DNA of 37,579 bases from Clostridia bacterium (GCA_017505015.1 JAFVQA010000138.1:1-37579), one strand, 5' to 3'; positions 19,602 to 28,289 are shown, counted from the stretch's first letter. The notes: a model not told the origin generated them from the letters alone. Program-made: numbers and translations.

Positions 19602-19970
19602 TTAAAGAACTTCAGGGGCAAGAGAAACGATACGCATGTAGTCTTTTTCCCTAAGTTCCCTTGCAACAGGCCCAAAGATACGTGTGCCTCTTGGTTGTTT
19701 TTGGTTATCGATGATAACTGCAGCGTTGTCATCAAAACGGATGTGTGTACCGTCTGCACGACCTACGCCAGAAGTTGTTCTTACGATAACTGCTTTAACA
19801 ACGTCGCCTTTTTTAACGATACCGCCTGTGTTAGCGCTTTTTACGCTTGCAACGATAACGTCACCGATATTGCCTGATTTTCTGAATGAGCCGCCGAGCA
19901 CTCTGATACACATAAGCTCTTTTGCGCCTGAGTTGTCAGCCGCTTTCAATCTAGTTTGTGGTTGTACCAT
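19602..19970 (-). CDS. rplN: 50S ribosomal protein L14
   Basis: [27 protein letters not shown]... at 122 aa. Confidence 0.96.
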   Translation of the reverse strand: MVQPQTRLKAADNSGAKELMCIRVLGGSFRKSGNIGDVIVASVKSANTGGIVKKGDVVKAVIVRTTSGVGRADGTHIRFDDNAAVIIDNQKQPRGTRIFGPVARELREKDYMRIVSLAPEVL

Positions 19971-19983
19971 AAGTCCTCCTTAA

Positions 19984-20238
19984 TTATTTAGCCTTTTCAA
20001 TGATTTCAACAAGACGGAAATATTTGTCTTTGCTGATGTGTCTTGTTTCAGCAATCAATACTGTATCGCCAATGCCAGCAGTATTGTGTTCATCGTGTAC
20101 TTTATATTTTTTTGTTTTAGAAACAGTCTTTTTATAAAGTGGGTGTTTGTATTTGTTTACAACAGCAACAGTGATTGTTTTATCCATTTTGTCAGATACA
20201 ACAATGCCCACTCTTTCTTTTCTCAATGATCTTTCCAT
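19984..20238 (-). CDS. rpsQ: 30S ribosomal protein S17
   Basis: [21 protein letters not shown]... at 84 aa. Confidence 0.95.
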   Translation of the reverse strand: MERSLRKERVGIVVSDKMDKTITVAVVNKYKHPLYKKTVSKTKKYKVHDEHNTAGIGDTVLIAETRHISKDKYFRLVEIIEKAK

Positions 20239-20252
20239 GTGCTAAGCCTCCA

Positions 20253-20462
20253 TTACTCTTTGCTTACAGAGATGCCAAGTTCTCTTTCACGAAGAACAGT
20301 TTTAACTTTAGCAATGTCTCTTTTGCAGTTTCTGAGCGAAGTTGGATTAGCCAATTGACCTGTCGCATGGCTCATACGAAGATTGAAGAGTTCTTTCTTC
20401 AACTCGCTCAATTTATTTACGAGTTCTTGATCATTCATTTCATGAATTTTTTTAGCGTTCAT
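20253..20462 (-). CDS. rpmC: 50S ribosomal protein L29 (69 aa)
   Basis: ELVNKLSELKKELFNLRMSHATGQL motif. The ATG at 20462 overlaps the rplP TGA (TGATG). The track start is a TTG one codon upstream. Confidence 0.93.
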   Translation of the reverse strand: MNAKKIHEMNDQELVNKLSELKKELFNLRMSHATGQLANPTSLRNCKRDIAKVKTVLRERELGISVSKE

Positions 20463-20893
20463 CAACCTTCACCACCCTCAGCTACTTGCTCTTTTTTCAT
20501 AAACTTGCATTTAACTGGCAATTTGTGACTTGCAAGTCTCAATGCCTCTCTTGCTTGTTCTTCTGATACACCGTCCATTTCAAACATTACTCTGCCCGGT
20601 TTTACTACTGCTACCCAATATTCTGGTGAACCTTTACCTGAACCCATGCGAGTTTCTGCAGGTTTTTTAGTTACCGGTTTATGTGGGAATATTTTGATCC
20701 AAACTTGACCGCCACGTTTGATAAATCTTGTCATAGCGATACGAGCTGCTTCGATTTGGTTTGATGTTACCCAGCCTGGTTCTGTAGCAACAAGACCAAA
20801 TGTACCGTAAGCGATTTCGTTGCCTTTATGCGCAGCACCTTTCATTCTGCCACGGAATTGACGACGTCTTTTAACTCTTTTAGGCATCAACAT
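20462..20893 (-). CDS. rplP: 50S ribosomal protein L16
   Basis: [19 protein letters not shown]... at 143 aa. Confidence 0.96.
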   Translation of the reverse strand: MLMPKRVKRRRQFRGRMKGAAHKGNEIAYGTFGLVATEPGWVTSNQIEAARIAMTRFIKRGGQVWIKIFPHKPVTKKPAETRMGSGKGSPEYWVAVVKPGRVMFEMDGVSEEQAREALRLASHKLPVKCKFMKKEQVAEGGEG

Positions 20894-21555
20894 TATGCTT
20901 GTCCTCCTTCGCTAGACTTTTTTCTTGCAAGGATTTCACCTTTGTATACCCAAACTTTAACACCGATTACACCAAAAGTAGTGTGAGCTTCTGCAAAGCC
21001 ATAGTCGATGTCAGCTCTGAGTGTGTGCAAAGGAATAGATCCTTCGTGATAATGTTCGCTTCTTGCGATTTCTGCACCGTCCAAACGACCAGATACCATT
21101 GCTTTGATACCTTTAGCGCCAGCTCTCATTGCTCTGCCCATGTTTTGACGAACAGCACGACGGAAGCTTACACGTTTTTCGAGTTGTGCAGCAATTGATT
21201 CTGCAACCAATTGAGCGTCCATATCAGGTTTTTTAACTTCAACGATGTTGAGTGTAACGGCATTGCCTTGTGAAAGTTTAGCAATTTCGTTTTTAATAAC
21301 TTCTACGTTTGCACCGCCTTTACCGATGAGAACACCTGGGCGTGCAGTTGCGATTGATACGGCAATTTTGCCTTCGCTTCTTTCAATTGTGATAGAAGAT
21401 ACAGCTGCTGTGTAATATTTCTTTTTGAGGAATTCACGGATAACGCTGTCTTCTTTCAACATTTTACCGAAATCTTTTTTGTCAGCGAACCACTGTGAGC
21501 TCCAGCCCTTGATTACGCCAACACGCATTCCGTGTGGATTAACTTTTTGTCCCAT
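20893..21555 (-). CDS. rpsC: 30S ribosomal protein S3
   Basis: [13 protein letters not shown]... with KH-domain pattern, 220 aa. Confidence 0.96.
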   Translation of the reverse strand: MGQKVNPHGMRVGVIKGWSSQWFADKKDFGKMLKEDSVIREFLKKKYYTAAVSSITIERSEGKIAVSIATARPGVLIGKGGANVEVIKNEIAKLSQGNAVTLNIVEVKKPDMDAQLVAESIAAQLEKRVSFRRAVRQNMGRAMRAGAKGIKAMVSGRLDGAEIARSEHYHEGSIPLHTLRADIDYGFAEAHTTFGVIGVKVWVYKGEILARKKSSEGGQA

Positions 21556-21565
21556 TTTGACCCCC

Positions 21566-21958
21566 TTACTTGTTGCTTACACTGTCAAGAATAACAGTGA
21601 TGTGGCTAGTGCGTTTCAAAATTCTGAAAGCTCTGCCTTGCGCTCTTGGCATAACTCTTTTGAGAGTTGGGCCGTTGTCTGCAAAAATTTCAGCAACGTA
21701 CAAATCATCTTTTGACATACCTTTGTTAACTTCTGCGTTAGCTGCTGCTGAGTTGAGAAGTTTTTTAACAGGAAGGCTTGCAGCCTTTGGTGTGTTTTCG
21801 AGGATTGCAAGTGCGTCAAAATAGTTTTTGCCGCGAATCAAGTCGATTACGATCCTTACTTTTGAAGGAGAAATTCTGATGTATTTCGCAACGGCAAAAG
21901 GTCTTTGATCTTTATTCTCTTTACGAGCGATAGCTTTATCTCTGCTTCTAGATGCCAT
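21566..21958 (-). CDS. rplV: 50S ribosomal protein L22
   Basis: [21 protein letters not shown]... at 130 aa, with matching synteny. Confidence 0.95.
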   Translation of the reverse strand: MASRSRDKAIARKENKDQRPFAVAKYIRISPSKVRIVIDLIRGKNYFDALAILENTPKAASLPVKKLLNSAAANAEVNKGMSKDDLYVAEIFADNGPTLKRVMPRAQGRAFRILKRTSHITVILDSVSNK

Positions 21959-21972
21959 TTCCTCTCTCCTCC

Positions 21973-22248
21973 TTATTTCTTAGTTGTTTTACCGCCGGCA
22001 TGACCGCGGAAGTTTCTTGTAGGAGCGAACTCACCGAGTTTGCAACCTACCATATCTTCTGTAACGTAAACTGGTACGTGTTTTTTGCCATCGTGAACGG
22101 CAATTGTATGACCTACAAAATCAGGGAAGATTGTAGATGATCTTGACCAAGTTTTCAATACTTTCTTTTCGCCTTTTTCGTTCATTTCTTTTACTCTAGC
22201 AAGGAGTTTTGCATGGACGAAAGGACCTTTTTTAATTGATCTACTCAT
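21973..22248 (-). CDS. rpsS: 30S ribosomal protein S19
   Basis: [11 protein letters not shown]... and [17 protein letters not shown]. Confidence 0.96.
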   Translation of the reverse strand: MSRSIKKGPFVHAKLLARVKEMNEKGEKKVLKTWSRSSTIFPDFVGHTIAVHDGKKHVPVYVTEDMVGCKLGEFAPTRNFRGHAGGKTTKK

Positions 22249-22265
22249 TATCTTATTGCCTCCAC

Positions 22266-23093
22266 TTAGTTAACGCGTTTGATAATAAATTTGCTTGATG
22301 GGTTCTTTTTCTTTCTAGTTTTGTAACCAAGAGCAGGTTTACCCCAAGGAGTAACTGGACCTGGTCTACCAACTGGTGATTTACCTTCACCACCACCATG
22401 AGGGTGATCGCAAGGGTTCATTACAGAACCACGAACTGTTGGACGTACGCCCATGTGTCTTTTCTTACCAGCTTTACCGATAGAAACGATTTCGTGATCT
22501 ACGTTGCCAACTTGACCGATTGTTGCACGGCATTTAGCGAGAATGTATCTCATTTCGCCAGATGGCATACGGAGTGTTGCATATTTGCCTTCTTTTGCCA
22601 TGAGCTGTGCTGAAATACCAGCTGCTCTTGCAATTTGGCCACCTTTGCCAGGGTGCATTTCGATGTTGTGAACGAAAGTACCTACTGGGATATTTTCGAG
22701 TGGAAGGCAGTTGCCTACTTTGATATCAGCGTCTGCGCCACTTACGATTCTGTCGCCAACATTGAGGCCTACTGGAGCGAGAATGTATCTCTTTTCGCCA
22801 TCAACGTAGTGCAACAATGCGATAAATGCACTTCTGTTTGGATCGTATTCGATTGTAGCAACTTTTGCTGGGATACCGTCTTTATTTCTTCTAAAGTCGA
22901 TAATTCTGTATTTAACTCTGTTGCCGCCACCAATGTGTCTTACAGTGATGCGACCAGTTGAGTTTCTACCGCCGCTCTTGCTTTTTGTTGCAAGAAGGCT
23001 TTTTTCCGGTTTGTTCGTTGTGATTTCTTCGTAAGCAGAAACTGACATAAAACGACGAGCCGGTGAAGTTGGTTTATATCTTCTGATAGCCAT
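22266..23093 (-). CDS. rplB: 50S ribosomal protein L2
   Basis: [14 protein letters not shown]... and [16 protein letters not shown]. Confidence 0.97.
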   Translation of the reverse strand: MAIRRYKPTSPARRFMSVSAYEEITTNKPEKSLLATKSKSGGRNSTGRITVRHIGGGNRVKYRIIDFRRNKDGIPAKVATIEYDPNRSAFIALLHYVDGEKRYILAPVGLNVGDRIVSGADADIKVGNCLPLENIPVGTFVHNIEMHPGKGGQIARAAGISAQLMAKEGKYATLRMPSGEMRYILAKCRATIGQVGNVDHEIVSIGKAGKKRHMGVRPTVRGSVMNPCDHPHGGGEGKSPVGRPGPVTPWGKPALGYKTRKKKNPSSKFIIKRVN

Positions 23094-23107
23094 TATTCAA
23101 GTCCTCC

Positions 23108-23398
23108 TTATGCCAAGTTTTCAAAGATTTCGATTGCTTTGCTATCTTTTGTAAGTTGAACGATAGCTTTCTTTCTCTTAGCTGTGTAGCCTTGAGTGCG
23201 ACCTTGTCTTTTAAGTTTGCCTCTAACGTTAATAGTGTTTACTTTTTCAACTTTAACGCCGAATACTGCTTCGATTGCTTCTTTGATTTCGATTTTGTTA
23301 GCGTTTACTGCTACTTCAAAAACATATTTTTTGTTTGCGATTTCGCTATAGCTTTTTTCGCTGAGGACTGGTTTTCTGATGATATCGTAATGTTTCAT
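23108..23398 (-). CDS. rplW: 50S ribosomal protein L23
   Basis: 96 aa with [13 protein letters not shown] motif, with matching synteny. Confidence 0.95.
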   Translation of the reverse strand: MKHYDIIRKPVLSEKSYSEIANKKYVFEVAVNANKIEIKEAIEAVFGVKVEKVNTINVRGKLKRQGRTQGYTAKRKKAIVQLTKDSKAIEIFENLA

Positions 23399-24018
23399 TC
23401 TGCGAATGCCTCCTCCATATTTTTAATTGCTTCTGAAGTCATCAAAATTGTTGCGTTTGAAACAACTTCATACAAGCTAACCAACTCTACAGTTGAGATA
23501 GAAAGCTTTTCGATGTTGCGACCAGCTCTCAACAAAACTTCGTTATATTCTGGCAATACCAACAAAACTCTTTTGTCAAGTTTGAAGTTATTGAGAATTT
23601 GTTGAACGTATTTTGTTTTGATTTCTGGCAATTCGATTTTATCAACAACGATGATTTCGTTGTTTTGAGCTTTGTAGCTGATAGCGCTTTTGAACGCTTG
23701 GAACTTAGCTCTTTTGTTTACTTTTTTGCTGAAGTCACGAGCTTTTGGAGCAAAAACAACGCCACCCTTGATCCATTGTGGAGCACGGATGCTACCTTGT
23801 CTTGCGTGGCCAGTACCTTTTTGTCTCCAAGGTTTTTTACCACCACCGCGAACTTCTGATCTTGTCAAAGTGCTTTTTGTGCCTTGTCTTGCGTTTGCAA
23901 GTTGAGCAACTACTACTTGGTGAATGAGAGCTTCGTTATATTCACAACCGAACACGCTGTCATTCAATTCCAAAGCGCCGATTTCTTGTGCGCTTGTGTT
24001 AAACAATTTTACTTGCAT
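23395..24018 (-). CDS. rplD: 50S ribosomal protein L4
   Basis: [25 protein letters not shown] motif at 207 aa. Confidence 0.96.
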   Translation of the reverse strand: MQVKLFNTSAQEIGALELNDSVFGCEYNEALIHQVVVAQLANARQGTKSTLTRSEVRGGGKKPWRQKGTGHARQGSIRAPQWIKGGVVFAPKARDFSKKVNKRAKFQAFKSAISYKAQNNEIIVVDKIELPEIKTKYVQQILNNFKLDKRVLLVLPEYNEVLLRAGRNIEKLSISTVELVSLYEVVSNATILMTSEAIKNMEEAFAE

Positions 24019-24029
24019 TTTTCCACTCC

Positions 24030-24662
24030 TTATTTCTTGACAGCTTCTCTGATGTAAACGATGCTGTTTTTAGCACCTGGGATAGCACCTTTGATGAGAA
24101 GAACGTTTTTAGCTGTGTCGACTTTCACAACTTTGAGGTTCAATACTGTAACTTGTTCGTTACCATATTGACCAGGCATGTGTTTGCCAGGGAATACTCT
24201 TGATGGGTCGCTGTTTGCGCCAAGAGAACCAACTTCTCTGTGAACAGGGCCTACACCGTGAGTTTCTTTAAGACGAGCGCTGTTCCATCTTTTGATAACG
24301 CCTGAGAAACCATGACCTTTAGATGTACCTGTTACGTCAACAATGTCACCGTCAGCAAAGATATCGCATTTGATTTCGCTGCCGATTTCAAAACTGTCGC
24401 AGTTTTCAAATTTAAATTCTTTAAGAACGTCTTTTGCACTTACGCCTGCTTTTTTGAGGTGGCCGAGTTCTGCTTTTGTGAGTTTGCTTTCTTTAACGTC
24501 TTTGTAACCCAATTGAACTGCTGTGTAGCCATCTCTTTCTACGGTTTTCTTTTGTACTACTGCGCAAGGACCAGCTTCTACTACAGTAACTGGAATAACT
24601 GCACCGTCAGCAGTGAAAACCTGAGTCATACCCAATTTTTTTCCTATGATTGCTTTATTCAT
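24030..24662 (-). CDS. rplC: 50S ribosomal protein L3
   Basis: IIGKKLGMTQVF... and GKGFSGVIKRW-like motif at 210 aa. Confidence 0.96.
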   Translation of the reverse strand: MNKAIIGKKLGMTQVFTADGAVIPVTVVEAGPCAVVQKKTVERDGYTAVQLGYKDVKESKLTKAELGHLKKAGVSAKDVLKEFKFENCDSFEIGSEIKCDIFADGDIVDVTGTSKGHGFSGVIKRWNSARLKETHGVGPVHREVGSLGANSDPSRVFPGKHMPGQYGNEQVTVLNLKVVKVDTAKNVLLIKGAIPGAKNSIVYIREAVKK

Positions 24663-24703
24663 TGATAAAGTTCACTCCTCCGACTCTATGGTCACTAATT
24701 TTA

Positions 24704-25012
24704 TTAAAGCTTAATTTGGATGCTTACGCCCGCTGGAAGATCCATTTTTGAAAGACTGTCAACTGTCTTTGCGCTTGGGCTGTAAATATCGATAAGCCTT
24801 TTGTGTGTTTTAAGTTCGAATTGCTCACGAGAATCTTTATATTTGTGTGGTGAACGCAAAATAGTAACGATTTCTCTTTGTGTTGGAAGTGGAATTGGAC
24901 CACTTACTTTTGAGCCCATTCTGTTTGCTGTTTCAACAATTTTTGCTGCTGAAGCGTCGATCAAATTGTGGTCATATGCTTTCAATTTGATTCTGATTTT
25001 TTGACTTGCCAT
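24704..25012 (-). CDS. rpsJ: 30S ribosomal protein S10
   Basis: [25 protein letters not shown]... at 102 aa. It is the first gene of the cluster. Confidence 0.96.
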   Translation of the reverse strand: MASQKIRIKLKAYDHNLIDASAAKIVETANRMGSKVSGPIPLPTQREIVTILRSPHKYKDSREQFELKTHKRLIDIYSPSAKTVDSLSKMDLPAGVSIQIKL

Positions 25013-25050
25013 TTTTTCTCCTCTATTTTTCCTATTTTATAAAGCTTCGT

Positions 25051-25084
25051 CAGTGACAACCACGCGTCCGTGTGTGTCACACTG
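25051..25084 (-). promoter_or_regulatory. Imperfect hairpin in the S10 operon 5' leader
   Basis: Minus strand CAGUG(UG)ACA...CACG-gacg-CGUG...UGUCACUG, about 40 nt upstream of the rpsJ ATG. No U tract follows. Confidence 0.3.
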
Positions 25085-25271
25085 CCACATTAAAAATAAG
25101 CAGCCATGTATTCAAACGGTTTGTCGCCAAACTATCGTTGAAACGACACCTTTTTAAATACTGCGTGCCCTTTTTTGAAGCCGCCGTGATACTGAATTTC
25201 ACGACTCGTCCGCAGAAATTATCTCTTTTTTTGAGTAACTTTCTGCCTCAACCTTTTGTCGCAGCCTACAT

Positions 25272-25301
25272 ATATTATCACAAGTTTTCAATATCCGTCA
25301 A
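25272..25301 (-). promoter_or_regulatory. Candidate S10-operon promoter
   Basis: Minus strand TTGACG-18 nt-TAATAT with a TG extended -10 (TGaTAATAT). This implies a leader of about 250 nt before rpsJ. Confidence 0.5.
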
Positions 25302-25640
25302 CAAAAATAAAGCACTTTTTTCAACTTTTTTTTACCTGTTTTTAACCCTACAAAATCTTGTGTTTTGCACGTTTTTGCAACACAAAACCTGCTGTTTAAA
25401 AACAAAAAAAAGTTAAAAATTTTTTTAAAAAGGTGTTTTTAGTTTTCAATTTTCATTGCTTATAGAATGTTTTTTTGCTTTTTGCCCAAACACTCCTCAT
25501 TTTATCAATATAGCAAAAAAATCAAGCAAATTCAATGCCCTTTTTAAAATAAGTTAAAACTACCACAAAAAACAAAAAGAAAATTTAAAAAGTTTTAAAA
25601 ACAATGCATATATTTAAAAAGGTTGCACTTACTATAATTG

Positions 25641-25680
25641 CAAAGAGAAAAAACCGATTTTAGTTGACACGGTTCGGTTT
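25641..25680 (-). terminator. Weak intrinsic-terminator-like hairpin
   Basis: Minus strand AAACCGA-16 nt loop-TCGGTTT followed by TTTTTTCTCTTT. Confidence 0.3.
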
Positions 25681-25868
25681 GCACCACTGGCAATTTTGGG
25701 CCCACAAAGCAAAAAGACTTTTTGCCTGTTTAGCCATTGCAGGAAAACAACGTTGGTTGCGTTTTGGTTTGTCAGTCGACATTTTGGTGCAGTTGATTTT
25801 TTGTTTGCTCAAAAAATCGTGTTGGAAGTCGTTTTTGAAAACGGCTGGCAAAGTTGAGGTTGACTTTG
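25641..25868 (-). ncRNA. Candidate orphan small RNA (about 220 nt) between the trpB2 terminator and the S10 promoter
   Basis: Bounded by the promoter at 25875-25903 and the hairpin plus U tract at 25641-25680. It has internal hairpins (for example GATTTTTT/AAAAAATC at 25795-25818) and no SD-preceded ORF. I recognised no family. Confidence 0.25.
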
Positions 25869-25874
25869 TTTTAT

Positions 25875-25903
25875 ATATTATTTGCCGTGTTGTGACAAAT
25901 CAA
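25875..25903 (-). promoter_or_regulatory. Candidate promoter of the orphan transcript
   Basis: Minus strand TTGATT-17 nt-TAATAT. The -35 overlaps one of two tandem TGACAAATCA copies (plus strand 25893-25902 and 25909-25918). Confidence 0.35.
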
Positions 25904-25956
25904 GTATTTGACAAATCACTTTTGACCAGAGTTTGTTTTAGTATCTTTGCTTTTAC

Positions 25957-25997
25957 ATAAAAAAGACACCCTCAGAAATGAGAGTGTCTTTTTTTGG
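25957..25997. terminator. Bidirectional intrinsic terminator after trpB2
   Basis: AAAAGACACCCTC-agaaat-GAGAGTGTCTTTTTTT has one mismatch, with an A run on one side and a T run on the other. It lies about 25 nt after the trpB2 stop. Confidence 0.7.
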
Positions 25998-26020
25998 TGA
26001 TTTATTTAAGTTTTGAGTTT

Positions 26021-27376
26021 TTATACTTTTGGCAAAGCGTCGATTGCAACAGACTGTTCGTCTGTGCTGCTGTCGCCAAGCTGACCTTTCAAAAGCGCGT
26101 CGTATGCATACATTTCGAAATAGCCGTGACCGCTCAAGCAGAACACGATTGTTTTTGCAACCCCTTCTTCTTTGGCTTTGAGCGCCTCAACTATTGCGCC
26201 TTTAACTGCGTGAGTTGATTCTGGCGCAGGAACGATGCCTTCTGCACGAGAGAACAACAAGCCTGCACTGAGAGTATCATACTGGTCATATGCAACAGCC
26301 TCGATCATTTTGTCGTGATAGAGCTTGCTGATGATTGGGTTCATGCCGTGATATCTCAAACCACCGGCGTGAGTGCCTTTTGGCATAAAGCTTGCGCCCA
26401 TTGTATACATTTTTGCAACAGGGCACATATGACCAACGTCAGTAAAGTCATAGGCATAGACACCTTTTGTCAAAGATGGCGCCGCAGTGCTTTCTACCGC
26501 GATGATGCGTGGGTTTGCTTTGCCAGCAAGTTTGTCACGCATGTATGGGAAAGTGAGACCCGCAAAGTTGCTGCCACCGCCAACGCATGCAATAACAACG
26601 TCTGGATATTCGTCAATTTTTTCAAATTGTTTTTGAGTTTCAAGACCAATGATTGTCTGATGCATTGCAACGTGGTTGAGCACACTGCCAAGTGCATAGT
26701 TTGTATCTTGTCTGCTCAAAGCATCTTCTACAGCTTCGCTGATAGCAATGCCAAGGCTTCCACCACACTCTGGGTCTTTAGCCAAAACGTCACGACCTGC
26801 TTTTGTGAGTTGTGATGGGCTTGCAACAACGTTGCCACCAAATGCGCTCATAAAAGTGCGTCTGCCAGGTTTGTTGACAAAACTGTTTTTTGTCATATAA
26901 ACCATGCTTTCAATGCCAAAGTGGTCGCATGCCATGCTGAGCGCCGCACCCCATTGACCTGCACCTGTTTCGGTAGTCAAACGTTTGATGCCTGCAATTT
27001 TGTTGTAATATACCTGTGGAACGGCAGAGTTAAGTTTGTGACTGCCAGTTGCGTTGCCACCCTCGTATTTATAATAGATTTTTGCAGGTGTATCCAAAAC
27101 TCTTTCAAGACCATATGCACGATGCAATGGCGATGGTCTGTAAGTGTGATAAATATCTTGCACAGCCTCTGGAATTTCGATATATCTTTCTTTTGACAAT
27201 TCTTGCTTGATTATTTCAGGTGGAAAAATTGGAGCAAGGTCTGCCTCGCAGATTGGTTGCAAAGTTTCCGGGTGCAAATATTGTGGCAAATCTTCGATAT
27301 CTGCCTGAATATTATACCAAGCCGTTGGCATTTCTTTTTCTGTCAAAGTTATTCTTCTGTTAAATTCTTTTTTCAT
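26021..27376 (-). CDS. trpB2: TrpB2-type tryptophan synthase beta-like PLP enzyme (451 aa)
   Basis: The long form carries the TrpB2 N-terminal extension. Motifs are KYEGGNATGSHKLNSA (PLP lysine context), TETGAGQWGAAL, VGGGSNFAG and CLSGHG. Confidence 0.85.
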   Translation of the reverse strand: MKKEFNRRITLTEKEMPTAWYNIQADIEDLPQYLHPETLQPICEADLAPIFPPEIIKQELSKERYIEIPEAVQDIYHTYRPSPLHRAYGLERVLDTPAKIYYKYEGGNATGSHKLNSAVPQVYYNKIAGIKRLTTETGAGQWGAALSMACDHFGIESMVYMTKNSFVNKPGRRTFMSAFGGNVVASPSQLTKAGRDVLAKDPECGGSLGIAISEAVEDALSRQDTNYALGSVLNHVAMHQTIIGLETQKQFEKIDEYPDVVIACVGGGSNFAGLTFPYMRDKLAGKANPRIIAVESTAAPSLTKGVYAYDFTDVGHMCPVAKMYTMGASFMPKGTHAGGLRYHGMNPIISKLYHDKMIEAVAYDQYDTLSAGLLFSRAEGIVPAPESTHAVKGAIVEALKAKEEGVAKTIVFCLSGHGYFEMYAYDALLKGQLGDSSTDEQSVAIDALPKV

Positions 27377-27428
27377 AATTTCCTCATCAAAAAATATATT
27401 TTTGATTTTTTGTTGTCGCCAAAATCAA

Positions 27429-27476
27429 TTAAAAAGCGATGCCAAAGAAGCATCGCCAGTATACGCTGTATTTCAT
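27429..27476 (-). CDS. Candidate 15-codon leader peptide MKYSVYWRCFFGIAF
   Basis: AAAAGAGGAGA lies 9-10 nt before the ATG at 27476. A single TGG codon sits at 27456-27458. The ORF spans the terminator hairpin and its TAA lies in the U tract. Confidence 0.35.
   Translation of the reverse strand: MKYSVYWRCFFGIAF
27431..27457 (-). terminator. Leader (attenuator-type) intrinsic terminator upstream of trpB2
   Basis: Minus strand GGCGATGC-ttctttg-GCATCGCT followed by TTTTTAATTGATTTT, 55 nt upstream of the trpB2 ATG. It is also the first terminator after lepB. Confidence 0.55.
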
Positions 27477-27569
27477 AACGACTAATCTCCTCTTTTCTAT
27501 TAAACTAAAACTAATCTTTGCACCCTGCCCCTGTGAGCAAAGTCGCAAACGGAACTCATCCGTAAAAAT

Positions 27570-27598
27570 ATATTAACACAACAAAAGTTGTTTGTAAA
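27570..27598 (-). promoter_or_regulatory. Candidate trpB2 promoter
   Basis: Minus strand TTTACA-17 nt-TAATAT with an upstream TG (TGtTAATAT), starting 6 nt after the lepB stop. Confidence 0.5.
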
Positions 27599-27603
27599 GT
27601 TTT

Positions 27604-28101
27604 TTAAAAAACAATTGCCTCTATCATATCAACCGGAACGGCACCAAACGTTCTGCTGTCGATGCTGTCTTGTCGGTTATCCCCAAGCACAAAAACGTGG
27701 CCTTGTGGCACAGTTTGCCTTTTTATTTCTTTTGGAACAAGCCCAACCTGACCTTTGCCATATTCTTCGTTTGCATAACTTGTTGTCACGCCGTTTGAGC
27801 AAACGAACAACACGCCTTTTTCTGTCCAGACTTCTTCACCCTCAAAGGCAACAATGCGCTTGATAATAAGGTCCTGGCCAACCAACGTTTCACCCTCTAT
27901 AATAACCACGTCAAATCTGTCGGCATTGCCCACTTTGTGCGCAAACACAATTTGCCCCTCTGTATAAGTAGGCAACATTGACCCCCCTGATACTGTATAC
28001 CAGTCTATAAAATAAGTCCTTATACCCACAAACAAAAAGAGCAACGAAGCAAGCACAACGATAAGTATGGTTCCTGTCTTTTTTGTTTTTTTGTTTTCCA
28101 T
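27604..28101 (-). CDS. lepB: Signal peptidase I
   Basis: N-terminal TM segment, SGGSMLPT (catalytic Ser box), KRIVAFEG (Lys box) and GDNRQDSIDSR box, at 165 aa. Confidence 0.92.
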   Translation of the reverse strand: MENKKTKKTGTILIVVLASLLFLFVGIRTYFIDWYTVSGGSMLPTYTEGQIVFAHKVGNADRFDVVIIEGETLVGQDLIIKRIVAFEGEEVWTEKGVLFVCSNGVTTSYANEEYGKGQVGLVPKEIKRQTVPQGHVFVLGDNRQDSIDSRTFGAVPVDMIEAIVF

Positions 28102-28106
28102 AACAA

Positions 28107-28280
28107 TTACAACTTTTTCTTTACTATTTTTTCAAAATCAACACGGTCAACCATAACAACTCTGCCACAAGTGTCGCACTTTATTTTAAAGTCTGCACCA
28201 ACACGTGTTATTGTCCATTGGTTGCCACCGCAAGGATGCACTTTTTTAGAAATAATTTTGTCCCCAAGCTGAAAATCCAT
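28107..28280 (-). CDS. DUF951-family small protein (57 aa; not in the ORF track)
   Basis: Hand translation gives MDFQLGDKIISKKVHPCGGNQWTITRVGADFKIKCDTCGRVVMVDRVDFEKIVKKKL-stop. GAGGTGA RBS lies 4 nt before the ATG at 28280. The HPCG...W...R.GAD..IKC..CG pattern is as I recall for DUF951. Confidence 0.7.
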   Translation of the reverse strand: MDFQLGDKIISKKVHPCGGNQWTITRVGADFKIKCDTCGRVVMVDRVDFEKIVKKKL

Positions 28281-28289
28281 ACCATCACC

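Noticed and set aside
25072-25416. 114-aa plus-strand ORF in the S10 upstream region. Related frames are the plus-strand ORF at 25664-25960 (98 aa) and the minus-strand ORF at 25660-25851 (63 aa).
   Set aside because: They have no SD, two of them use TTG starts, and their composition is typical of translated AT/T-rich non-coding DNA. They overlap predicted promoter, leader and terminator elements, so I treated the region as non-coding. A 40-aa ATG frame is noted in the sRNA finding.
25661-25690. tRNA-like string GGTTCGGTTTGCACCA.
   Set aside because: The flanking sequence cannot form T-arm or acceptor stems, and no D or anticodon arms are present. This is a chance resemblance.
25640-25950. 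Long-range complementarity GCAAAGA (25640-25646) / TCTTTGC (25944-25950), which could close a 6S-like structure.
   Set aside because: A single 7-mer match across 300 nt of AT-rich sequence is not significant. It lies outside the boundaries implied by the predicted promoter and terminator. The segments adjacent to each end are direct repeats (TTGCCAG, GTCAAC), not inverted repeats.
27480-27520. A run of (U/G)AG triplets (TAG-3-TAG-5-TAG-4-GAG-0-GAG-2-TAG) overlapping the leader-ORF SD, reminiscent of a TRAP binding site.
   Set aside because: There are only six triplets with irregular spacing, whereas TRAP sites have 9-11 repeats with 2-3 nt spacers. The GAGs are simply the SD, the TAGs are expected in AT-rich sequence, and no mtrB-like gene is present in the window.
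27500-27563. Possible T-box or riboswitch in the 5' part of the trpB2 leader (hairpins ACGGA/TCCGT and CTTTGC/GCAAAG with loop UCACAGGGGCAGGGU).
   Set aside because: The leader is too short for a T-box. No specifier-loop or T-box (GGUGGUACCGCG-like) sequence is present, and I could not match any riboswitch core from memory. It remains unclassified structure, and an Infernal scan would settle it.
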